A DNA stretch of 33,283 nucleotides, taken from contig NEEC01000439.1 in NCBI GenBank assembly GCA_002189035.1, forward strand, positions 1-33,283. Reading direction: 5' to 3'. Each line of letters begins with the position of its first letter. Within the stretch, counting starts at the first letter, position 1. The translations under genes and the position numbers were made by a program. The DNA comes from Utricularia gibba (lineage: Eukaryota; Plantae; Magnoliophyta). The notes beneath the pieces are model-generated. The model saw only the letters and a list, made by a program, of their open reading frames with translations. It made no database searches and was not told the origin of the DNA. Below are positions 1 to 9,500 of the stretch, in pieces.

Positions 1-3000
1 CCATCAACCCGTTGAATCGTGTCGATGCTTGAGGAAGACGACCACCATTCATCTTTGTACGTTGCATCGGACCTGGTTGAAAGTGAGGACGGAAAATTGG
101 CTACACTCGTAAAGGTGCACGAGCAGTATGCTGAATCGGATGATGGTCAAGCCGTTAGCATACGGAACACACTCGCGTGTTGCGCACGCGGCTTTAACGA
201 TTGCTTAACCGAGTGATCCCTTCTCTATCTCCATCCACAATCTGGGTAAAAGCAGGAGGTCAGGCATTGGAATGTCGTAAGGTATGAAGTATGCATGTTG
301 CAAGGCGTGACCTGCTTGCGAAGCAATACCGATCCATTCCACGTTACCCGCTTCTTTGCAAAGCCTGGAGGGAGAATGGAATTTTGCATCAGGAGTGGAT
401 GCCATGGGGGTCGAATTATAAGGGGAGGTGTGCGTTTGTTCCGTGAGCTATGTGGATTCGAAGCACAAGTGCTGGGTGGTCGAGTTATGGACTTTGGGTT
501 AGGAGTGGCTACACTCTGGATCCACGACGATATGTTCTTCGATGCTCTATGACTCATTTCTCATTCAATGATGTCCACTCAATAGTAGCTTACGTGGCTC
601 GCAACGTATGTTTGATATAGATGACATCCTTTAACTGTATGGTCGAAGGTTTTCTCCTCCCAAACGTATAGCGGCATGCCCACTTTCGTGTCCAAATATT
701 CAGGAGGTCGGGGTGGTAGCCATCTAACGGCTGGATAGCACATCCACATCGTATGTGCTCCGTAGAATGAATCCGAAAATGTTAATGTTTCCAACGCACG
801 TTGTTGGAGATCGGGAAAGTACATGGAGTGTCCTTGGCCACATTCTAGTATTCATTGGATGCTGGCTGAGTTTGTTGCACAACAAAACACCCTCAAACGA
901 GTAGCGATGGTGCACCATGATCCGCCATGGAGTGAACTCGTGACTCCTCTGCGTAAGTCTCACTTGTTTCCATGGAAGATCATAAGGGAAAGCAATAGGA
1001 AAAAGAAGTATGGTATCGTTGATGTTACAACCCTGCATCATTGATCCTGATGTACCCCTTCGTATCGTTGGACGACACATCAGTGGTGAAGTACTTGGTT
1101 AGAGTCCATGGGTTGGACTTTACGGTCCTATGGACGTGCGCATCAGTGCTGGTCTAATCTCCACGCATCCTCATATCTTTCAACGGCCGCGATAATAGAC
1201 CAACGGTCTCCTTGTCCAGTCCATTCGCTAAGGAGTCCAGAACACCTGAAGGTAACGGCAAAGCTTGCGAGGCCCGTCCAGCAACGGAGAAAAGAAAGGA
1301 AGTAGTGCGCATGGATGTGAACGCCTAAAAGAGCGTGGGAGTTTGCACTAGAGACCATCAACCCGTTGAATCGTGTCGATGCTTGAGGAAGACGACCACC
1401 CATTCATCTTTGTACGTTGCATCGGACCTGGTTGAAAGTGAGGACGGAAAATTGGCTACACTCGTAAAGGTGCACGAGCAGTATGCTGAATCGGATGATG
1501 GTCAAGCCGTTAGCATACGGAAAACACACTCGCGTGTTGCGCACGCGGCTTTAACGATTGCTTAACCGAGTGATCCCTTCTCTATCTCCATCCACAATCT
1601 GGGTAAAAGGCATCCGGAGGTCAGGCATTGGAATGTCGTAAGGTATGAAGTATGCATGTTGCAAGGCGTGACCTGCTTGCGAAGCAATACCGATCCATTC
1701 CACGTTACCCGCTTCTTTGCAAAGCCTGGAGGGAGAATTTTGCATCAGGAGTGGATGCCATGGGGGTCGAATTATAAGGGGAGGTGTGCGTTTGTTCCGT
1801 GAGCTATGTGGATTCGAAGCACAAGTGCTGGGTGGTCGAGTTATGGACTTTGGGTTAGGAGTGGCTACACTCTGGATCCACGATCGATATGTTCTTCGAT
1901 GCTCTATGACTCATTTCTCAATGATGTCCACTCAATAGTAGCTTACGTGGCTCGCAACGTATGTTTGATATAGATGACATCCTTTAAACCTGTATGGTCG
2001 AAGGTTTTCTCCTCCAAACGTATAGCGGCATGCCCACTTTCGTGTCCAAATATTCAGGAGGTCGGGGTGGTAGCCATCTAACGGCTGGATAGCACATCCA
2101 CATCGTATGTGCTCCGTAGAATGAATCCGAAATGTTAATGTTTCCAACGCGTTTGGAGATCGGGAAAGTACATGGAGTGTCCTTGGCCACATTCTAGTAT
2201 TCATTGGATGCTGGCTGAGTTTGTTGCACAACAAAACACCCTCAAACGAGTAGCGATGGTGCCATGATCCGCCATGGAGTGAACTCGTGACTCCTCTGCG
2301 TAAGTCTCACTTTGTTTCCATGGAAGATCATAAGGGAAAGCAATAGGAAAAACTAAGAAGTATTGGTATGTTGGTGTTACAATCATTGATCCTGATGTAC
2401 CCCCTTCGTATCGTTGGACGACACATCAGTGGTGAAGTACTTGGTTAGAGTCCATGGGTTGGACTTTACGGTCCTATGGACGTGCGCATCAGTGCTGGTC
2501 TAATCTCCACGCATCCTCATATCTTTCAACGGCCGCGATAATAGACCAACGGTCTCCTTGTCCAGTTCGCTAAGGAGTCCAGAACACCTGAAGGTAACGG
2601 TAAAGCTTGCGAGGCCGTCCAGCAACGGAGAAAAGAAAGGAAGTAGTGCGCATGGATGTGAACGCCTAAAAGAGCGTGGGAGTTTGCACTAGAGACCATC
2701 AACCCGTTGAATCGTGTCGATGCTTGAGGAAGACCACCCATTCATCTTTGTACGTTGCATCGGACCTGGTTGAAAGTGAGGACGGAAAATTGGCTACTAA
2801 CACGAGCAGTATGCTGAATCGGATGATGGTCAAGCCGTTAGCATACGGAACACACTCGCGTGTTGCGCACGCGGCTTTAACGATTGCTTAACCAAGTGAT
2901 CCCTTCTCTATCTCCATCCACAATCTGGGTAAAAGGCATCCGGAGGTCAGGCATTGGAATGTCGTAAGGTATGAAGTATGCATGTTGCAAGGCGTGACCT

Positions 3001-5507
3001 GCTTGCGAAGCAATACCGATCCATTCCACGTTACCCGCTTCTTTGCAAAGCCTGGAGGGAGAATGGAATTTTGCATCAGGAGTGGATGCCATGGGGGTCG
3101 AATTATAAGGGGAGTGTGCGTTTGTTCCGTGAGCTATGTGGATTCGAAGCACAAGTGCTGGGTGGTCGAGTTATGGACTTTGGGTTAGGAGTGGCTACAC
3201 TCTGGATCCACGACGATATGTTCTTCGATGCTCTATGACTCATTTCTCATTCAATGATGTCCACTCAATAGTAGCTTACGTGGCTCGCAACGTATGTTTG
3301 ATATAGATGACATCCTTTAACCTGTATGGTCGAAGGTTTTCTCCTCCCAAACGTATAGCGGCATGCCCACTTTCGTGTCCAAATATTCAGGAGGTCGGGG
3401 TGGTAGCCATCTAACGGCTGGATAGCACATCCACATCGTATGTGCTCCGTAGAATGAATCCGAAAATGTTAATGTTTCCAACGCACGTTGTTGGAGATCG
3501 GGAAAGTACATGGAGTGTCCTTGGCCACATTCTAGTATTCATTGGATGCTGGCTGAGTTTGTTGCACAACAAAACACCCTCAAACGAGTAGCGATGGTGC
3601 ACCATGATCCGCCATGGAGTGAACTCGTGACTCCTCTGCGTAAGTCTCACTTTGTTTCCATGGAAGATCATAAGGGAAAGCAATAGGAAAAACTAAGAAG
3701 TATGGGATCGTTGGTGTTACAACCCTGCATCATTGATCCTGATGTACCCCCTTCGTATCGTTGGACGACACATCAGTGGTGAAGTACTTGGTTAGAGTCC
3801 ATGGGTTGGACTTTACGGTCCTATGGACGTGCGCATCAGTGCTGGTCTAATCTCCACGCATCCTCATATCTTTCAACGGCCGCGATAATAGACCAACGGT
3901 CTCCTTGTCCAGTCCATTCGCTAAGGAGTCCAGAACACCTGAAGGTAACGGCAAAAGCTTGCGAGGCCCGTCCAGCAACGGAGAAAAGAAAGGAAGTAGT
4001 GCGCATGGATGTGAACGCCTAAAAGAGCGTGGGAGTTTGCACTAGAGACCATCAACCCGTTGAATCGTGTCGATGCTTGAGGAAGACGACCACCCATTCA
4101 TCTTTGTACGTTGCATCGGACCTGGTTGAAAGTGAGGACGGAAAATTGGCTACACTCGTAAAGGTGCACGAGCAGTATGCTGAATCGGATGATGGTCAAG
4201 CCGTTAGCATACGGAACACACTCGCGTGTTGCGCACGCGGCTTTAACGATTGCTTAACCGAGTGATCCCTTCTCTATCTCCATCCACAATCTGGGTAAAA
4301 GGCATCCGGAGGTCAGGCATTGGAAAGGTATGAAGTATGCATGTTGCAAGGCGTGACCTGCTTGCGAAGCAATACCGATCCATTCCACGTTACCCGCTTC
4401 TTTGCAAAGCCTGGAGGGAGAATGGAATTTTGCATCAGGAGTGGATGCCATGGGGGTCGAATTATAAGGGGAGGTGTGCGTTTGTTCCGTGAGCTATGTG
4501 GATTCGAAGCACAAGTGCTGGGTGGTCGAGTTATGGACTTTGGGTTAGGAGTGGCTACACTCTGGATCCACGACCGATATGTTCTTCGATGCTCTATGAC
4601 TCATTTCTCATTCAATGATGTCCACTCAATAGTAGCTTACGTGGCTCGCAACGTATGTTTGATATAGATGACATCCTTTAACTGTATGGTCGAAGTTTTT
4701 CTCCTCCCAAACGTATAGCGGCATGCCCACTTTCGTGTCCAAATATTCAGGAGGTCGGGGTGGTAGCCATCTAACGGCTGGATAGCACATCCACATCGTA
4801 TGTGCTCCGTAGAATGAATCCGAAAATGTTAATGTTTCCAACGCACGTTGTTGGAGATCGGGAAAGTACATGGAGTGTCCTTGGCCACATTCTAGTATTC
4901 ATTGGATGCTGGCTGAGTTTGTTGCACAACAAAACACCCTCAAACGAGTAGCGATGGTGCACCATGATCCGCCATGGAGTGAACTCGTGACTCCTCTGCG
5001 TAAGTCTCACTTTGTTTCCATGGAAGATCATAAGGGAAAGCAATAGGAAAAACTAAGAAGTATTGGTATCGTTGGTGTTACAACCCTGCATCATTGATCC
5101 TGATGTACCCCCTTCGTATCGTTGGACGACACATCAGTGGTGAAGTACTTGGTTAGAGTCCATGGGTTGGACTTTACGGTCCTATGGACGTGCGCATCAG
5201 TGCTGGTCTAATCTCCACGCATCCTCATATCTTTCAACGGCCGCGATAATAGACCAACGGTCTCCTTGTCCAGTCCATTCGCTAAGGAGTCCAGAACACC
5301 TGAAGGTAACGGCAAAAGCTTGCGAGGCCCGTCCAGCAACGGAGAAAAGAAAGGAAGTAGTGCGCATGGATGTGAACGCCTAAAAGAGCGTGGGAGTTTG
5401 CACTAGAGACCATCAACCCGTTGAATCGTGTCGATGCTTGAGGAAGACGACCACCCATTCATCTTTGTACGTTGCATCGGACCTGGTTGAAAGTGAGGAC
5501 GGAAAAT

Positions 5508-5932
5508 TGGCTACACTCGTAAAGGTGCACGAGCAGTATGCTGAATCGGATGATGGTCAAGCCGTTAGCATACGGAAAACACACTCGCGTGTTGCGCACG
5601 CGGCTTTAACGATTGCTTAACCGAGTGATCCCTTCTCTATCTCCATCCACAATCTGGGTAAAAGGCATCCGGAGGTCAGGCATTGGAATGTCGTAAGGTA
5701 TGAAGTATGCATGTTGCAAGGCGTGACCTGCTTGCGAAGCAATACCGATCCATTCCACGTTACCCGCTTCTTTGCAAAGCCTGGAGGGAGAATGGAATTT
5801 TGCATCAGGAGTGGATGCCATGGGGGTCGAATTATAAGGGGAGGTGTGCGTTTGTTCCGTGAGCTATGTGGATTCGAAGCACAAGTGCTGGGTGGTCGAG
5901 TTATGGACTTTGGGTTAGGAGTGGCTACACTC
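5508..5932 (+). repeat. 11-bp internal direct repeat TGGCTACACTC x2
   Basis: Copies at 5508-5518 and 5922-5932 in unit 5. A single 11-mer repeat in 1.37 kb is not far from chance, so any function is unsupported. Confidence 0.6.
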
Positions 5933-6286
5933 TGGATCCACGACGATATGTTCTTCGATGCTCTATGACTCATTTCTCATTCAATGATGTCCACTCAATA
6001 GTAGCTTACGTGGCTCGCAACGTATGTTTGATATAGATGACATCCTTTAACTGTATGGTCGAAGGTTTTCTCCTCCCAAACGTATAGCGGCATGCCCACT
6101 TTCGTGTCCAAATATTCAGGAGGTCGGGGTGGTAGCCATCTAACGGCTGGATAGCACATCCACATCGTATGTGCTCCGTAGAATGAATCCGAAAATGTTA
6201 ATGTTTCCAACGCACGTTGTTGGAGATCGGGAAAGTACATGGAGTGTCCTTGGCCACATTCTAGTATTCATTGGATGCTGGCTGAG

Positions 6287-6333
6287 TTTGTTGCACAACA
6301 AAACACCTCAAACGAGTAGCGATGGTGCACCAT
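6287..6333. other. Adjacent palindromes TTTGTTG-CA-CAACAAA and ATGGTGCACCAT
   Basis: 7-bp inverted repeat with a 2-nt spacer at 6287-6302 and a perfect 12-bp palindrome at 6322-6333. Both are read directly from the sequence; function unknown. Confidence 0.7.
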
Positions 6334-6424
6334 GATCCGCCATGGAGTGAACTCGTGACTCCTCTGCGTAAGTCTCACTTTGTTTCCATGGAAGATCATA
6401 AGGGAAAGCAATAGGAAAAACTAA

Positions 6425-6522
6425 GAAGTACTTGGTATCGTTGGTGTTACAACCCTGCATCATTGATCCTGATGTACCCCCTTCGTATCGTTGGACGACA
6501 CATCAGTGGTGAAGTACTTGGT
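6425..6522 (+). repeat. Short interleaved direct repeats inside the unit: GAAGTACTTGGT x2 and GTATCGTTGG x2
   Basis: GAAGTACTTGGT at 6425-6436 and 6511-6522; GTATCGTTGG at 6435-6444 and 6485-6494 (unit 5). Both copies of the 12-mer contain the palindrome AAGTACTT. Confidence 0.85.
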
Positions 6523-9500
6523 TAGAGTCCATGGGTTGGACTTTACGGTCCTATGGACGTGCGCATCAGTGCTGGTCTAATCTCCACGCATCCTCATATC
6601 TTTCAACGGCCGCGATAATAGACCAACGGTCTCCTTGTCCAGTCCATTCGCTAAGGAGTCCAGAACACCTGAAGGTAACGGCAAAGCTTGCGAGGCCCGT
6701 CCAGCAACGGAGAAAAGAAAGGAAGTAGTGCGCATGGATGTGAACGCCTAAAAGAGCGTGGGAGTTTGCACTAGAGACCATCAACCCGTTGAATCGTGTC
6801 GATGCTTGAGGAAGACGACCACCCATTCATCTTTGTACGTTGCATCGGACCTGGTTGAAAGTGAGGACGGAAAATTGGCTACACTCGTAAAGGTGCACGA
6901 GCAGTATGCTGAATCGGATGATGGTCAAGCCGTTAGCATACGGAAAACACACTCGCGTGTTGCGCACGCGGCTTTAACGATTGCTTAACCGAGTGATCCC
7001 TTCTCTATCTCCATCCACAATCTGGGTAAAAGGCATCCGGAGGTCAGGCATTGGAATGTCGTAAGGTATGAAGTATGCATGTTGCAAGGCGTGACCTGCT
7101 TGCGAAGCAATACCGATCCATTCCACGTTACCCGCTTCTTTGCAAAGCCTGGAGGGAGAATGGAATTTTGCATCAGGAGTGGATGCCATGGGGGTCGAAT
7201 TATAAGGGGAGTGTGCGTTTGTTCCGTGAGCTATGTGGATTCGAAGCACAAGTGCTGGGTGGTCGAGTTATGGACTTTGGGTTAGGAGTGGCTACACTCT
7301 GGATCCACGACGATATGTTCTTCGATGCTCTATGACTCATTTCTCATTCAATGATGTCCACTCAATAGTAGCTTACGTGGCTCGCAACGTATGTTTGATA
7401 TAGATGACATCCTTTAACCTGTATGGTCGAAGGTTTTCTCCTCCCAAACGTATAGCGGCATGCCCACTTTCGTGTCCAAATATTCAGGAGGTCGGGGTGG
7501 TAGCCATCTAACGGCTGGATAGCACATCCACATCGTATGTGCTCCGTAGAATGAATCCGAAAATGTTAATGTTTCCAACGCACGTTGTTGAGATCGGGAA
7601 AGTACATGGAGTGTCCTTGGCCACATTCTAGTATTCATTGGATGCTGGCTGAGTTTGTTGCACAACAAAACACCCTCAAACGAGTAGCGATGGTGCACCA
7701 TGATCCGCCATGGAGTGAACTCGTGACTCCTCTGCGTAAGTCTCACTTTGTTTCCATGGAAGATCATAAGGGAAAGCAATAGGAAAAACTAAGAAGTACT
7801 TGGTATCGTTGGTGTTACAACCCTGCATCATTGATCCTGATGTACCCCTTCGTATCGTTGGACGACACATCAGTGGTGAAGTACTTGGTTAGAGTCCATG
7901 GGTTGGACTTTACGGTCCTATGGACGTGCGCATCAGTGCTGGTCTAATCTCCACGCATCCTCATATCTTTCAACGGCCGCGATAATAGACCAACGGTCTC
8001 CTTGTCCAGTCCATTCGCTAAGGAGTCCAGAACACCTGAAGGTAACGGCAAAGCTTGCGAGGCCCGTCCAGCAACGGAGAAAAGAAAGGAAGTAGTGCGC
8101 ATGGATGTGAACGCCTAAAAGAGCGTGGGAGTTTGCACTAGAGACCATCAACCCGTTGAATCGTGTCGATGCTTGAGGGAAGACGACCACCCATTCATCT
8201 TTGTACGTTGCATCGGACCTGGTTGAAAGTGAGGACGGAAAATTGGCTACACTCGTAAAGGTGCACGAGCAGTATGCTGAATCGGATGATGGTCAAGCCG
8301 TTAGCATACGGAAAACACACTCGCGTGTTGCGCACGCGGCTTTAACGATTGCTTAACCAGTGATCCCTTCTCTATCTCCATCCACAATCTGGGTAAAAGG
8401 CATCCGGAGGTCAGGCATTGGAATGTCGTAAGGTATGAAGTATGCATGTTGCAAGGCGTGACCTGCTTGCGAAGCAACCGATCCATTCCACGTTACCCGC
8501 TTCTTTGCAAAGCCTGGAGGGAGAATGGAATTTTGCATCAGGAGTGGATGCCATGGGGGTCGAATTATAAGGGGAGGTGTGCGTTTGTTCCGTGAGCTAT
8601 GTGGATTCGAAGCACAAGTGCTGGGTGGTCGAGTTATGGACTTTGGGTTAGGAGTGGCTACACTCTGGATCCACGACGATATGTTCTTCGATGCTCTATG
8701 ACTCATTTCTCATTCAATGATGTCCACTCAATAGTAGCTTACGTGGCTCGCAACGTATGTTTGATATAGATGACATCCTTTAACTGTATGGTCGAAGGTT
8801 TTCTCCTCCCAAACGTATAGCGGCATGCCCACTTTCGTGTCCAAATATTCAGGAGGTCGGGGTGGTAGCCATCTAACGGCTGGATAGCACATCCAATCGT
8901 ATGTGCTCCGTAGAATGAATCCGAAAATGTTAATGTTTCCAACGCACGTTGTTGGAGATCGGGAAAGTACATGGAGTGTCCTTGGCCACATTCTAGTATT
9001 CATTGGATGCTGGCTGAGTTTTTGCACAACAAAACACCCTCAAACGAGTAGCGATGGTGCACCATGATCCGCCATGGAGTGAACTCGTGACTCCTCTGCG
9101 TAAGTCTCACTTTGTTTCCATGGAAGATCATAAGGGAAAGCAATAGGAAAAACTAAGAAGTACTTGGTATCGTTGGTGTTACAACCCTGCATCATTGATC
9201 CTGATGTACCCCCTTCGTATCGTTGGACGACACATCAGTGGTGAAGTACTTGGTTAGAGTCCATGGGTTGGACTTTACGGTCCTATGGACGTGCGCATCA
9301 GTGCTGGTCTAATCTCCACGCATCCTCATATCTTTCAACGGCCGATAATAGACCAACGGTCTCCTTGTCCAGTCCATTCGCTAAGGAGTCCAGAACACCT
9401 GAAGGTAACGGCAAAAGCTTGCGAGGCCCGTCCAGCAACGGAGAAAAGAAAGGAAGTAGTGCGCATGGATGTGAACGCCTAAAAGAGCGTGGGAGTTTGC

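Larger units (their letters stand above)
5410..6777. repeat. Representative full repeat unit (unit 5, 1368 bp, left-type haplotype)
   Basis: Complete anchor-to-anchor copy carrying ttgGtgtt, ttggTtag and ttaaCtgt alleles. It has one BamHI site (5934-5939) and one HindIII site (6684-6689). Used as the coordinate reference for motifs present in essentially every copy. Confidence 0.97.

Noticed and set aside
5831-5836. Sigma70 -10 box TATAAT on the minus strand (or TATA-like on plus)
   Set aside because: The -35 position reads CGGAAC, there is no extended -10 TG, and no supported gene lies downstream.
5870-5880. tRNA T-loop or Pol III B-box-like GCTTCGAATCC on the minus strand
   Set aside because: The closing T-stem pair is C-C rather than G-C, and there is no A-box, cloverleaf or acceptor stem upstream.
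5912-5919. Telomere-like GGGTTAGG
   Set aside because: It is a single short occurrence per unit and is not tandem.
6132-6154. Similarity to the dinoflagellate spliced leader (GTAGCCAT...GGCT...AG)
   Set aside because: Only an 8-nt core matches DCCGTAGCCATTTTGGCTCAAG, the spacing differs, and no GT donor follows.
6262-6270. CRESS-DNA nonanucleotide-like TAGTATTCA
   Set aside because: It differs from the canonical TAGTATTAC at the nick-site bases, is not at the apex of a strong stem, and no HUH Rep ORF is present.
6513-6521. Eukaryotic 5S rRNA motif AGTACTTGG
   Set aside because: Only 9 nt match, and the flanking 5S sequence and structure are absent.
5410-6777. Endless (stop-free) ORF on a circular template
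   Set aside because: All six frames contain several stops in every copy, and the unit length is not consistently a multiple of 3.
5410-6777. Viroid-like or Obelisk-like RNA concatemer
   Set aside because: I found no hammerhead core (CTGANGA) on either strand, no long Oblin-sized ORF, and no obvious unit-long rod-like complementarity by eye. A full fold of the circular consensus would be needed to exclude it formally.
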